A DNA stretch of 64,000 nucleotides from Octopus sinensis (GCF_006345805.1 NC_043005.1:67828001-67892000); one strand, 5' to 3'; shown: positions 25,690 through 40,393, counted from the stretch's first letter. Translations and numbers: made by a program. Notes: generated by a model not told the origin, from the sequence alone.

Positions 25690-26185
25690 TCAAACCCAGC
25701 ACGCAAATTTATCGACCCTGAAAGGGTGAAAAGCAAAATCGATCTCGGCGGAATTTGAACTCAGAACGTATCGGCAGACGAAATACCTATTTCTTTACTA
25801 CCCACAAGGGGCTAAACACAGAGGGGACAAACAAGGACAGACAATGATATTAAGTCGATTACATCGACCCCAGTGCGTAACTGGTACTTAATTTATCGAT
25901 CCCCGAAAGGATGAAAGGCAAAGTCGATCCCGGTGGAATTTGAACTCAGAACGTAACAACTGACGAAATACCTATTTCTTTACTACCCACAAGGGGCTAA
26001 ACACAGAGAGGACAAACAAGGACAGACAGACAGATTAAGTTGATTATATCGTCCCCAGTGCGTAACTGGTACTTAATTTATCGACCCCGAAAGGATGAAA
26101 GGTAAAGTCGACCTCGGCGGAATTTGAACTCAGAACGTAGCGGCAGACGAAACACGGCTAAGCATTTCGCCCGGCGTGGTAAATT
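25690..26185 (-). mobile_element. SINE family A, head-to-tail trimer
   Basis: Three body units, with junction GACGAAATACCTATTTCTTTACTACC occurring twice; a single tRNA-like head at the right end. Confidence 0.9.
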
Positions 26186-26848
26186 CTCGATATATTTGGA
26201 TAGTGATGTAGTAAGATAACTTTCTGTGTGTGTCTGGATGCATAAATTTGGTACAATCTTTTAAAAGTGATTTTTTATAAGCCCTAGATTGTTTGTTTAT
26301 TTTTTTCACTGATATTAGCAAGAAAAATGTTACGCGGGTTTTCCAATCCATTGGAAGAACACATATAATTGAGAAAGCAGATTAGGATTCCTGAAATTAC
26401 ATAAAGTGCTAAACAGTTTTGCGTGTTCGCAATGAAAAGTTTATATATATATATTGGCTATGTAAGCTGCCATTATTTTGATGTTTATGTAACTCATCTT
26501 AATGCTATTTCTTTTAAAGATACTATGAGATCTATGATACTGTGAGAAAATGCTTATTTTAAAGTTTTTTTTCTGTTGTGGTAATCGAATAAATTGCGTG
26601 ATATGCTTTCCAGCCGATCCTTATTTCGATAAGCAATCAAATTTCGCCCACAAGACATAGTTCGTGTTTCTTTTTTTTTTTTTTTTTTTTTTTTTTGCTT
26701 ACTTCCCAACTTCAATCTTTTGAATAATCTGTATCGTGAAACTTAGATTTAGGAACCAAGAATCTTCAAATGCTAATAAAATATACACTATTTCATGCAT
26801 TGAGTACTTCGTCTGTAAACACAAACGTTCGCTAATCTTTCTCTCACG

Positions 26849-26889
<41 letters not shown>

Positions 26890-29012
26890 CCTCTCACTTT
26901 CTAGCTCTCTTACTCTCGCTCCCGCTTTCTATTTCTATATGTGTGTTTGTGTATGCGTGTTTGCATTTGTCAAACTGCATGAATTCGAAAAAATGCTGGA
27001 CCAGATAAGCAACACAACAAAGCCATGTAATGAACAATTAATTATATATTTATCTTAATCTAGTTACCTCTTTCGCTCTCTTTTTTTTTTCTTGGTCGTA
27101 TTTTTTCTTCTTAGCCTTCTTATTATGCTTCTGTTCTTCTTTCTTCACGACTACTTCCTCTACTAATACCACCACCACCACTACCACAACTACTACTACT
27201 ACTACTACTTTTTCCTTCTTTTTTTTTCTTGTTTTATTAATGAGTATGTTTAATGCCCGTTAAGTAAGTATATGTGCAAGAGACGAGGTTTCTTTTGCTG
27301 TGTGTCATCTCCGTTCGTTCTAGCGAGGATCTGCTAGCATTTTTGCTTTTTACGTGTGCATCAATATCTAATGTATTTATCTAATGTATTTTTTGAATTC
27401 TCTTACATGTAACTTTGTGTGTGTCTGTGTGTGTACATACTATCCTACGTGCTTGAATGTATATGCGTTATAGGAAAAAATATCTATCTCTGTTCGCGTA
27501 TATCTTTGTACATAGCTTCGTCGTAGTTTTATTACGTTGCATGTAAGCTTTCGACTACTTTTTGTGAGCGCTCGTTCACATCTGTGAGTATGTGCATGTG
27601 TGCACATTCGTGCGTGTGTAGTTGTGTAAAGAGGACTATATATATGTATATATGTGTACTGAACTTCTTTTTTTTTTTTTTTCGTTTCCTGTTCGTTTTC
27701 GTATTATTTTTTGTCTTGCATTGCTCGCTGTCTCTTTTCTTTTCTTTTCTTTTCTTTCTTTTTTTCCAGTTTTACAAGAACTGAAAATAACAAAAACAAA
27801 AACAAAAACTGAAGCGACTTTTATTTTCCAAGATGTCGCGTGTTGGTTCAGTACGTAAAAATACCGAGTAATAAATTGTTTAAATTGAGTGCTTCTATGT
27901 GGGGAGACATGTACAGGTCGTAAACCTAAGAATGTACTGTGCTGTCTGTCAAAACATTCGTTGTCGATATTGTTGTTCTTATTGTTTAGCTGTAGGTCAA
28001 CCATTATCCAGTAGACCTCAGTGATCTTAAAGCATTCCAGCTATAACCATTCCACTATTTTATTTTTCTTCAGACACAATATACTCCAATGTCTACATTT
28101 TTCTTTTTTTTAAGACAGTACCCTGTTATTTAAGAGATATTTTGGTTGCTATTTCTAGTTTGTCAAACGATCAGATTATTTCTCCCTCGCTGACGCTTCA
28201 AAACCTTTGTGTTTCATTATTCATGCCCTACAGTGTGGTTAAATTCAATAAAGATCTTTGTTCATACAACAGTGTAAAGTAATTACTCCAAGTTTGTTGT
28301 AGCTGCTGAGGTAGTCGTTGTCGTCGTCGTCATTGCTGCTGGTGGTGGTGGTGGTGGTGGTGGTGGTTGTGGTGGTGGTGGTGGTTTTAGCAAAGAAGTT
28401 GAAGTGGTAGGGGTCGGGGTCGAGGAAAGTGGAGTAATACTGAATATGAACGATGTTATTCTTGTTCTTGTTCTTATTAGTGCTCGTCTTTTAAAGTAAT
28501 TATCAGTCAAAATTGGGCGTATTCGAAATCTCAGGTAATTGCTGTAATTTAGATGATTTATAAGAAATACGTAAATGTATTTTGGTTATGTTGAATGCAC
28601 AAAATATACCTTTGTTATTTTGGTTAATTTCCAAAGCCTTCGGGACAATTGGTAAGGTTCTGATACTGAAATAAATACCACTATACTATATTCAGCACAA
28701 AGTTCAGAGTATGTCAGACATTCCACAGCGTAAACCAAATATGTATGGATGTACTAAATAATGTCCGCAAAAAATTCTGAATGAATTGAAATTTTCCTTT
28801 TAATTGTAGAAATAAAACAAAATTTTTTATCATCCATAGTTGGTGAATCACAAAGAAAAGAAGAAATAACTTCAAAAAATTAAGAACTATTTCTGCTTAC
28901 AAAATCGGATTAACTCTTAAGCGTGAATTTTTTTTTAATACTTAATTTATTGAAATTATCTCCCCCTAACGAATGCAGGTAGGTTTTCGCCACCTTCCTC
29001 TCTCTCTCTCTA

Positions 29013-29058
<46 letters not shown>

Positions 29059-30953
29059 TCTTTCTCTTTCACTCTCTCTCTCACTCTCTCCCTCACTCGT
29101 TCTATCTATCTCTATCACTTTCGCACGCACTCTTTCTGTCTCTTACTCTCTCTTTGTCTCTCTCTCTCTCTCTCTCACCATCTATCTATTTATTTCTGTC
29201 TCTCTTTCTCTTTCGTGAGCGCTCTTTCTCTCTCCTCTCCCTTTCGTATGCGTTCCTTCTCTCACTCTCTCTCTCTCTCGCTCGTTCACTCTCTCTCTCA
29301 CGCGCGCGCACGCGATGCTCTCTCTTTCTCTAGCTAAAAGGAAAAATTCAATTCATTAAGAATTTCTTGCATCAGTACACGCAAACATACGCGTTTTATC
29401 ACAACCCATGTCCCTGGGTTATTTGAATTACAACCCTTAGCTCAAATTGCTTTTTTTTTTTTGCTTTTTTTTGTTTTAATGGAAACCATTTGTTCTAAAG
29501 TACTTTACAGCTGCTACAATGTCATACCTAGGAAGGAATTTATATCCGGCTGCAAAATTACTTCATCTTCAAATATAGTCCAAATACAAATAAAATAAGA
29601 CAACCACCAATCCACCTCCTACACACATGTGCATGCTCAAAATTCAGAATTATTTTTGCGGACTTTATTTAGCACATCCATACATATTTGGTTTACACTA
29701 TGGACTCTCAGACATACTCTGAATTTAGCTGAATATAGTACAGTGCATTTTTTTTTTTCAGGATCAGAACCATATCAATTATACCGTCTGAATCAAACCA
29801 TAAATGTCTAATTCAAATTAAACTGGTACAGAACTCTTACATATACACGAAGGCATATTTTTAAAAATCAAATATATGGTGACCTATATACAAGATAAAA
29901 AGCAAGCCTTGACCACAACCCACACACAAACGAACACTCCTGAGGATCTGTAATTCAAATGCGATATGATCTCCAATGAATCTTTAATTATCTTAACAGA
30001 GAATATCGATAAGCTATATCAGTCACCGATCCCATATAGAACTTTTCTGACCTAAATAAAATTCCAAATCATTAGTAAAAGCTCCAACCATAAACAAACA
30101 CAACACCAACTGTTCGATAAACAAGCCAAAACAAGCCCAGACAACAACGCCCGCGTGCACATACATGCGCGATTACACACACATAAAATATATAATTCAG
30201 AACACATATACCACACCTTAACAAACAAAGGTGTTTAATTAATTTAACCAGCCATCTCAACAAGCTTTACCAAAATACTATTCTTTCCCGACTAAAACAA
30301 AATTCTAAATAAATATACTCAGAAAGGTCACTAAACCATGACATACCACTGAAAATATTAGAAATTCCAACATATCTAGAAAAAAGTTCTTAGTGAATTT
30401 TACAATTATATTTTTTTTGCAAACAAACTAATCAATCAAATCAATCAAGCCTACAACTTTACCTAGAAAACCATCCTAATAATATTTGTAAATATGATAT
30501 GATACACACCAAAACAAAATTTAACAAACAGCATACCGAAACGAACTCGATTAAAAAACATAAAAAAACACCATTAATTAGATTCTGCAGTAACAAAATT
30601 TAAAAAAACACATCCTTATCGATACCTACAAGGAATGTAAACACCGTGCCACAAAAATAACTAATAACCGAAAGCAAAAAATAACGGTCAACCAGTAAAA
30701 GCAGAAAACAAATTAATGAATTGATACAAGCAAGAAACTATGCTCACAGCGCATTTAGATGTATCATCAAACTTAGTTGTTACAGTTCTCACCTGAAGAT
30801 CGAAGTAGCGTGAAACTCGAGATGCAAGATAAACACTCCGTTTCAGGAAACTATATGTGTGCATGTGTGCGTGAGTGTACACAGATACACGCCCACACTA
30901 ACACACACACACACACACACACATTATTACATATATATATATATATATAGATA

Positions 30954-30985
<32 letters not shown>

Positions 30986-31257
30986 GATTGGCAACTAATG
31001 AAAGTTCTCATTTTATATTAATTGTACGAGGAGTCAGTGAGTTAGTTGGAAAATTTTTATATAAGGATGGTAGTGTGTTACAACTCTTATATTATGGAAG
31101 TAAAGCTGAATTCCATCCTTCTGTCCGTCACAGCATATATCTAAAAAGAGGGAAGAATGGGAGACAAAAGTTGTTGTTGAAAGAGAAATATACTGTGAGA
31201 GAGAGTTGGGGAGAAAAGACAGGCAGACAGTCAGCCAGACTGACTGAATGAATGACT

Positions 31258-31288
<31 letters not shown>

Positions 31289-31292
31289 TGAC

Positions 31293-31382
<90 letters not shown>

Positions 31383-32717
31383 GAAGTGTTGTCACCATAG
31401 TAACTTACAAGTTTTGATTAAAAGCCCAGGAATTTTAAGTGCAAGTCTGTCAACATAACGCAACACGATTTCACTATATAACAATCTGAGACTTTCACTA
31501 TAATGACAGGTTGTTGTTGAGTGGGGAGAAGAAATACAGTGAGCGAAATAGTATGGGAAAAATAGAATTAAATTTCCTCCTTCTACATATATGTTGTGAC
31601 GGACAGACAAACGGAGATCAGCTTGACTCTTATAATATAAGAATGCTCAAGAGTATTCAAACTGTTATTAATCGTCACAAGAAAGTTAGCGTAAGTGCAT
31701 ATTTAACAAATATTTCTGCCGTCAAACATAAGCACCAAATTGTTTGATATTATTTATTCCGTATTATACATGTTGCACTACTTATAGGAGTTACAAAGAT
31801 ATACATGTAGTATAAAAAATGTAAGTTATCTCCTAATAGTAATTCATTAGATCCAGAATTAAAATAATACAAATTTGCATTGGATTTGAGCTACAATATA
31901 TGTAGTTTTTGCTGTAATGAGAGTCACGATGCCCCCTTGTAAAAAATAGACTGGTCTGAGCAATTATAAATAGTAGCGGTCGGAGTGAAGTTTGTGATTT
32001 AGTTCGCAGTGAAGTTGGAAGGTGTTGGTTGGTTAGTTCGCTTGAAATATTGATTGTTGGTTCATGAAGAGATTGTTGGATCGCTACGTTGTTATTACGG
32101 CTGCATCGTTATCTTGTTTGCTGTTACTACGCTGGTACAGGGTATCTAAACCATCCGACACAATAATATTGTGACGGTACCACGACATTTGGAGACGGAG
32201 GATACAACAATAGAAGTCCTATAGATAGAAAGATATATAGAGAAGTAACAGAACTAATATTAATAAAGTGTGTCAGAGCTAGAAATACGTAGTTCTACAC
32301 ACACGCACGCACCCCACCCCCAGATATACATATATACATGTATGTACACACACACACACACATATATATATGTAATTTTAATCCAAACGGGAAAACAAAA
32401 AAACAACAACAGTGGAACAATTACAGTATTATTATTAATAGGCGCTCAGGAAATATGGAAGCACATATACAAACATATATGTATGTGCACACACATATAC
32501 AAACATATATGCACACACATATACAAACATATATGTATGTGCATAAATTATACATGCATATACATGCATATTGCTACACATACTTATAGACTTACGTAAG
32601 CCAGCGAACACGTTTAAAATATAATTACTCTTGATGTTGAAAGGTCAAAGATATTTTCACTTCTCTATGACAGAAACGGAAAACTATAGCTGTTAGGCAA
32701 GACACGTGTTGAGAGTT

Positions 32718-32828
<111 letters not shown>

Positions 32829-32834
32829 ATATAT

Positions 32835-33399
32835 ACTAGCAGATCGCCCTAACTACTTGATAAATTCTTATGAAGATTTTATCCCATTTTTAAATTATTA
32901 TTTTAACTGGAGTATATTCAATACTGAATTTTTATTCCGAATAAGCACGTTGTTACCGAAATACAATTCGAAAAAGCCCGCCATTTACATAGATGTATAA
33001 GGGGTGAACGGTTCTAGGTACTACGTTGGATACGATGGTTGTTCGTCTGGTATGTTGATTTTGTTCATTCATTATAAATTTTGAATTATGCTTGCACTGA
33101 TGAGTAAAGAGTGCAAAACACTGCACTGATTACGAAATCACAGGTGATCTGCAGCTGAATTCTATTTTTAAATGACTTGCTTCGAGAGTTGCATTCGGTA
33201 CGATATGTTTATTTATTTTAGTAGTTTTGACTTTAAGAGTCCCCTCCTAGCGTGTGGCATTTATGTGTAATAATGCCCTCTATATAATATAAATAAATAT
33301 ATTTATGTGAAGAAATTGATGGATTTTTTTCTCTTATGAGGTTTTTCACGCTAACTACTTGATAAATTCTTATGACGATTTTAACCTATTTTTAAATTA

Positions 33400-33405
<6 letters not shown>
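32835..33405 (+). mobile_element. Helentron/HINE-like element with a ~50-bp direct repeat 502 bp apart
   Basis: Starts ACTAGCAGATCGCCC like the other HINE-like copies; CTAACTACTTGATAAATTCTTATGA.GATTTTA at 32849 and 33351. Confidence 0.45.
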
Positions 33406-33441
<36 letters not shown>

Positions 33442-33462
33442 GAGAGAGAGAGATAGACATAT

Positions 33463-33561
<99 letters not shown>

Positions 33562-33614
33562 TATAAGTATATAAGTCAGTAAACGGTGGGGTTAATGTTT
33601 TTGTAGACATAATG

Positions 33615-33805
33615 TCACTCCCTCCATCAAATCAACGTTACCTGTATAGGTGCAATTGGGTGCGTCATGTCAGATGTCGAAATGTCGCAGAGCAACGTGA
33701 AATGAAGTGCTTTGCTCAAGAACACAACGCAACGCCCGGACTGGGAATCGAACCCACGATCTCGCAATCGTGAGTACAACATCTTAACCACTAAGCCATG
33801 CGCCT
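33615..33805 (-). mobile_element. SINE family D variant
   Basis: Reverse complement AGGCGCATGGCTTAGTGGTTAAG…GGTTCGATTCCC…GTGTTCTTGAGCAAAGCACTTCATTTCAC. Confidence 0.8.
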
Positions 33806-33844
33806 TCACACACACACACACACACACAACACACACACACACAA

Positions 33845-33876
<32 letters not shown>

Positions 33877-34395
33877 GTATGTATATGTATGTGTGTATGC
33901 GTGTGTATGTGTGTGTGTGTGTGTGTGTATACACATGCACAAATGTACTAGTTTGACAACGAAAAAGACGGAGTATTCAATACTTGTTTTAAAGTGTATG
34001 ATTGCTGAGTTTGAAGCCATTGCAATGGCGTGAAAATCCAGTTGCGAAAAGTAATGCACATGTGTGGACATGCATGTTAGCATGTGCCAGAAACTGTGTG
34101 CGCGTGTGTGTGTGTGTGTGTGTGCGTGCGTGTTTGTGTGTGTGTGTGTGTGTGCGTGTGCGTGCGTGTGTGTGTGTGTTTTGAGCACGTCTCCGCGTGT
34201 TTGGTAGAATTAATCGTCACTCAGTTTAACCCTCGTCACCTTTCCCTTGGATGTTTTTAGATGTGTCCATTTTGTTGCAAGTATTTGAACCACATCTGTG
34301 AGAACACCGACGAAATAGCTCCTCTATGCTACTTTCTACTTTCAGGCTGCGGTGGGGGACACAGACACAAATACACACATATACACACACACACA

Positions 34396-34632
34396 TAGGA
34401 TCACCAAGCATAGATTGGCATATTTCGGTCATATTATGCGGAGAATATCCCTGGAGAAAGACATCATGCTCGGAATGGTCAGTGGCAAGAAAGGAAGAGG
34501 CCGACCAAGAACCCGCTGGCTTGACACCATCAAGAGGGATACCGGAATGGACATAGCCAATCTGGAAGAAGCGGCCCAGGATAGAACTGGCTGGAGGACA
34601 CTGATCCAACGAGTGACCGAGAGTCGACTTCA
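34396..34632 (+). mobile_element. RTE/BovB-like LINE 3' end
   Basis: HRLAYFGHIMRRISLEKDIMLGMVSGKKGRGRPRTRWLDTIKRDTGM…AQDRTGWRTLIQRVTESRL is the typical RTE ORF terminus. Confidence 0.9.
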
Positions 34633-35390
34633 TTTATTATTCCAGTTTTCCTATCCATTCCTAGTCAGAGAGGCACCGCAAACATCGATGGGCATCACCA
34701 TTTCCCATCTGACTTAAACCATTAAAGATATCTTTAATTATCCAATCAGATGGCCAGAATATTTATACTTCTTCCAACACAAGGGAGTCATTACTAGTTA
34801 ATTATTTCTACATAATTTAGGAAAATATATGTTTACTCAACCGAAAAATGGCTTTGTTCTTAGTTGCTATTTCTAATACCGCAATTTTAAGCTTTATACA
34901 ATGTGTGTACATGCGTGTGTGTGTACGGGCACATGTATAAGTGTGCGTAGGTGCATGTGTGTGTGTTGCGTGTGCATGTGTGTGTATGTGTTGTGTGTGT
35001 ATGTTTGTGCAATGTATGCATTCGTGTGTGTCGGGGCGCTATAAAGCGTCACTCAGGCGTGACAGCATCGGTGTGAAGCTTTGGCTTTTGGCAGGTGTAT
35101 AAAAATAAACACGGACATGTACCTCTCTTACGTTTATGCACACCAAGATAAGCGTAAACATGCGCGCGCACGCATATACATACATACATACATACATGCG
35201 TACGGACGTGCGTACGTACGGACGTGCGTACGTACGTACGTAAGTATGTATGTATGTATGCATGCATATATACGCGCGTGTGTTTGTGTGAGTGTGCAAT
35301 GTATTGGTTGTTTTTAGAGCTGCCCTGCTGCTTTTCATTAAGAAACTCAGAATTAATCAGAATATATATACATATATATATATATATATT

Positions 35391-35465
<75 letters not shown>

Positions 35466-35599
35466 GCATATACATATGTATATATACATATATATACATA
35501 TATATATACTCTTTTACTCTTTTACTTGTTTCAGTCATTTGACTGCGGCCATGCTGGAGCACCGCCTTTTATATATATTCATATATATACATATATATA

Positions 35600-35643
<44 letters not shown>

Positions 35644-36484
35644 AAATGTATGTATATATTTATGTATACATACACACACACATATATATATATATATACA
35701 CAGATACATCTTGCAAATACACATATAAATTTGTGTGTGTGTGTATTTACGAACCGACATAGCCGTATATTTTACTAATTAATCGAAGCACGAAAGTGTA
35801 AGATTTAGCTGAAGGCCACGGAGTTATTCATGCATATGCGAAAGCGTGTAATTACATATTTGAAAACCAATAAGAAGAAGAAGAAACAATATACGAAACA
35901 CATATATCTATATTACACGACTAATGACTGTCCTACGGTAGGAAAAAATAAATGTGAACAAAACTTTTCACGCTTTAATTGAATATTCAAATGAGATGAA
36001 GTCGTATTAACGGGACACATCAATCCAATGATTGAAATAACATAATGAGATATTTTGTTTTAGATAAGGTATTCGAATTCAAAAAAAAATATCTAAGTAA
36101 AGAATATTTTAAATGTATTTGGAATTGAATCATACGAAACGATATTTTTGGCATCTATGTCCAGAAACGGAAATGATAATTGTTTAACTTGCTTTGTATC
36201 GCATAGATTATCGACTAGCAAAGTTGTTGAAGCACATGCAATTTCCAAAAACTTAATAAAACCCTGTGCAAAATATTTTACAGAATGCATGATACATATA
36301 AAATCTGCATCAAAGTTATTAAAAACCTGCCTTCATTTCTAATGACAGTTTTACACTGTATCTATGAAAAGCGGATTTTTTTGTGAAACTAGGAATGATC
36401 AAAATAAACTTGACATTCTTTTCTGGAAGGGGTGAGTTAATAGATTTTCCTAGATTAGCTGTATTGATAGTGTTTTTCTGTCAT

Positions 36485-36877
36485 ACTAGCAGTATCGCCC
36501 GGCGCTGCTCGGGTTTGTTTCGACCCTTTAGAATTGGAATTTTTGAAAAGTAAAAATTTTGCATTATGTAGCTTGTTATTCTCTTTAAGTGAACATTTTT
36601 CTGGTTGAAATACACCGAAAAATGGCGACACGGCAGTCAAAAAATCGTAAAAAAATAGGAATTTTCTTAGAAAAAAGCACCTTTTTGACGTAAATAATTT
36701 TTGTGTTAACAAGGTCCGATTTGAATTTTTTCTTCTATGAAAGAAAGAGCAAGCCTTCTTCTATCATACTTTCAATTTTGGTCAACTTGCACCGCAGGGT
36801 CTCGGAGGAGATAGTGTTAGTTGAAAGCTACCAAACCTGCCATATACAGACAACTTCAGCTTTATATAGAGAGAGAT
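36485..36877 (+). mobile_element. Non-autonomous Helentron/HINE-like element (~400 bp)
   Basis: 5' ACTAGCAGTATCGCCCGGCGCTGCTCGGG, 3' CAGACAACTTCAGCTTTATATAGAG; near-identical copies at 44487 and 47816. Class assigned from resemblance to Lep1/DINE-1-type termini. Confidence 0.7.
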
Positions 36878-36954
36878 TTCTGAATGTTGAATTGAAGAAG
36901 ACATTAATCAGTTAGTCTTGGAAGGACATGCAATAAGAGAAGCAATATTTAATT

Positions 36955-37230
36955 TAATGGCTCAGTGGTTAGAGCGTCGAGCTTACGATCGTGAGGTTGT
37001 GAGTTCGAATTCCGGACCGGGCTGCTTGTTGTTTTCTTGAGCAAGACACTTTCTTTCACGTTGCTCCAGTTCACTCAGTTGTAGAAATGTGTTGCGATGT
37101 CACAAGTGCCAAGCTGTATCGGTATTTGCCTTTCCCTTAGGTAACACTGGTGGCGTGGACTTGTGCCTGGGAGGGTAACTTTCTAGGTGCAATCCCACGG
37201 TCAGTCATGACCGAAGTGGGGTCTCAGCAT
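36955..37230 (+). mobile_element. SINE family D variant (internally deleted)
   Basis: TGGCTCAGTGGTTAGAGCG…GAGTTCGAATTCC…TTGAGCAAGACACTT…TTGCTCCAGTTCACTCAG. Confidence 0.85.
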
Positions 37231-37509
37231 TTAACTTAAATTAATGGTTCCCAACCATTTTTCTTCTTTTGTTATGGACCTCTTTTATTCCTTCTTTACT
37301 CTACTGAACATCCATAGCCATTCGCTGTTTATAAAAATCCTTACTACACTTTTTTATAATAAAATACTATTAGGAATTGTATTTAACAAAATTCAAATAT
37401 TTTGTATTGTCGAAGTATTAACCAATTTATTGTACGAAAATCTTAACATGAAAATCTTAAATGGATCCCCAAGGGCCATATGGATCCCGGTAGAGAATCA
37501 CTGGTTTAA

Positions 37510-38420
37510 ATGATGCTTTCATAGAAAACAAAATGAAATTTCAGTAGAATCTTTGTCAAGTGTCTGCACTGATGGAGCTGCAGCTAAAGAAATTTTCTGG
37601 TTGTATTGCAAGAATGAAAATTCTGAATGTTGAAAATATTCACTTACAGTCTTCATCCTCAAAAATCTAGCCTGAAGATCTGCAACGAGAAGCAAACGAT
37701 GCTGTGTAATTGATTAATTTTATTAAATCAAGACCATTAAATGCAAGAATCTCCGGTTCATTATGTGAAAATATGAATAGTCAGCAAATTTATTACGACA
37801 TATTGAATTCTGCTGGTTATTGTGCGGGTTTTTGAATTGCGTGAAAAAATTTGGTTATTTAAGCTTTAAAAATCTTAATGTGATTTCCAACTGGATTAAA
37901 TACAGCAAAATTTCAAAAGCAGTATTCACTGGAGTCAATAGCAAAAGTTGGTTTTTATCATTTTTAAGAGGGTAAATATGGAGACGCATGTGTAGACGCA
38001 TGGTTCAGTAGTTAGAGCGTCGAGCTTACAATCGTGAGGTTGTGAGCTCGAATCTCGGACCAGGCTGCGTGTTGTGTTCTTGAGCAAGATACTTTATTTC
38101 ACGTTGCTCCAGTTCTCTCAGCTGTAGAAATGAGTTGCGACGTCACAGGTGCCAAGTTGTATCGGCCTTTGCCTTTGACCTTGGATAACATTGGTGGCGT
38201 GGAGAGGGGAGGCCGGTTTGCATGGGCGACTGCTGGTCGTCCATAAACAACCTTGCCCGGACTTGTGCCTGGGAGGATAACTTTCAAGGTGCAATCCCAT
38301 GGTCTGTGTCGTGACCGAAGGGGGTCTCAGAAATATGGAAGATGACTTACGGTTGCAAGTAACATCCAAAATACCAAATCTTAAGATTTTACTGTGACCA
38401 GATGTAGACTTATCCAAATC
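37510..38420 (+). pseudogene. hAT (Buster/Charlie-like) transposase fragments interrupted by a SINE
   Basis: VCTDGAAA (37562), DAV*LINFIKSRPLNAR…LCENMNS…, and the dimerisation-like MEDDLRLQVTSKIPNLK after the SINE. Confidence 0.75.
37988..38330 (+). mobile_element. SINE family D variant, full length
   Basis: tRNA-like head, CORE-like block and tail GTGACCGAAGGGGGTCTC. Confidence 0.88.
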
Positions 38421-38689
38421 ACTAACGTTTCATGTCTTATTTATGAACTAGAGCTTTCAAATTACTTGGATAACAAATATAACTAAACTAGCATATAGCA
38501 GTGAGAAATTCACGCGTGATAAATATTCAGTTTTCTAGCTAATTACTGTATATTAAAATAATTGATTCCATGTCCTTTCATAGCAATGATTAAATAATAG
38601 AATATACATTATTTCATCATCTTTCTAATGTTTTCTCTGCGAATCCTTTCTTCTATATTTCCATCTCCATACTTTTATCTACTTATCTC

Positions 38690-39108
38690 TTTTACTCTTT
38701 TACTTGTTTCAGTCATTTGACTGCGGCCATGCTGGAGCACCACCTTTAGTCGGCCAAAGCGACCCCAGGACTTATTCTTTGTAAGCCTTGTACTTATTCT
38801 AACGGGTCTCTTTTGCCGAACCGCTAAGTTACGGAGACGTAAACACACCAGCATCGGTTGTCAAGCGATGTTGGGAGGACAAACACAGACACACAAACAT
38901 ACACACACGCACACATACAGATATATATATATATATATACATATATACGACGGGCTTCTTTCAGTTTCCGTGTACCAAATCCACTCACAAGGTTTTGGTC
39001 GGCCCGAGGCTAAAGTAGAAGACATTTACCCAAGGTGCCACGCAGTGGGACTGAACCCGGAACCATGTGGTTCGTAAGCAAGCTACTTACCACACAGCCA
39101 CTCCTACG
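38690..39108 (-). mobile_element. SINE family B, full length
   Basis: Reverse-complement match along the whole length. Confidence 0.92.
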
Positions 39109-39819
39109 CCATTTTTTTTTTTTTTTTTTTTGCTTTATTACTGCTTCCTCTGTTTACCAGTTTCATTTTATATCCTTTTCTTTTTCCCTGTTCATGTACC
39201 TTTCTTTCAGTTCCCGCCTCCTTGTTTTGGGGGATTTTTTTCTCGTTAATTCTTTGTACGTACCCTTCTTCGTATCTGTTTATTACTAGTTTTATAGCTA
39301 TTTCTTTCTTCGATTTGTCCTCCCTATACGATTTTATTTCTGTACAGTCCTTCCCCATCTCTCTTTCTCTCTCCCAACTCACATGTGTTCTTTCCGGCTA
39401 TCCCCTCCAAAAATGCACCACGTGACCTTCCTGTTTTTCAAGCTACGCATCCTTTTTGCATTGACCTTTCTCACCTCCTAGTTTACCTACTTACCTCACA
39501 GCCACTCCTACGCCTGTGGTAGCTTTCGGGTTCAGTCCTACTGCGTGGCACCTTGGGCAAGTGTCTTCTACTATAGCCTCGAGCCGTCCAAAGCCACTCC
39601 TACGCCTATATTCAGTTTTCATGTTTTTTCTTTCTTTTTTGGACACATCGGAAGGTGTCGAAACCGTGATGATGTTTGGACGATAACTGATGAGGGCTGA
39701 GAATGTCCGTGTCCATCGTGCGTATTCTTTTCGTGCTTTTGCGTATGTTCCTTTGTCATCTTCCTATGCTATACTCACACACAGACGCACAAATACACTT
39801 GAGACAGACAGATAAACAT

Positions 39820-39897
<78 letters not shown>

Positions 39898-39906
39898 GGA
39901 TAGATG

Positions 39907-39995
<89 letters not shown>
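39820..39995 (+). repeat. (GATA)n microsatellite
   Basis: Long, nearly perfect run with no insertion. Confidence 0.98.
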
Positions 39996-39997
<2 letters not shown>

Positions 39998-40393
39998 GCG
40001 CGTGTGCACTCAAACGCACACACATACGCAAACAAACGCATAAACACACGCAATTTGTAAATGGACAATTAAATTTATAAATTTCTACTCAATGTTCAGC
40101 TAACTAAATGTTCCATCAGTGTCTTAACTTAGTAGTAAGAATCAAAATATCAAAGCAGCTAATTACAGACTATGTCGATAAAAGATAGGGGGTAAACAGA
40201 AAGAGACAGTGGGAAAGAGAGAGAGAGAAAAAAGACATTCTGCCTGTTTATTTGATGTTTGTTTGCAGCATGGCTATAACATTGTTCAAATATCATCTAA
40301 ATTACAAATTTTTTTCTTTCAATCTAGAAGCTTTTTTCTTTTTAGTATAAAACGTTTGAAAAATCTTCGATACAGCATAGTATTAACTCGCTA

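Noticed and set aside
25690-26185. Regularly spaced repeats resembling a CRISPR array
   Set aside because: Units are ~180-bp SINE bodies with no unique spacers and no cas genes; the context is eukaryotic.
29540-30680. Possible mitochondrial insertion (NUMT)
   Set aside because: The A/C skew is mtDNA-like, but I found no recognisable mitochondrial gene, rRNA or tRNA sequence.
30988-31251. 87-aa ORF as an exon
   Set aside because: It overlaps a HINE-like terminus on the minus strand (similar to 31597-31640) and ends in GACA/GATA repeats.
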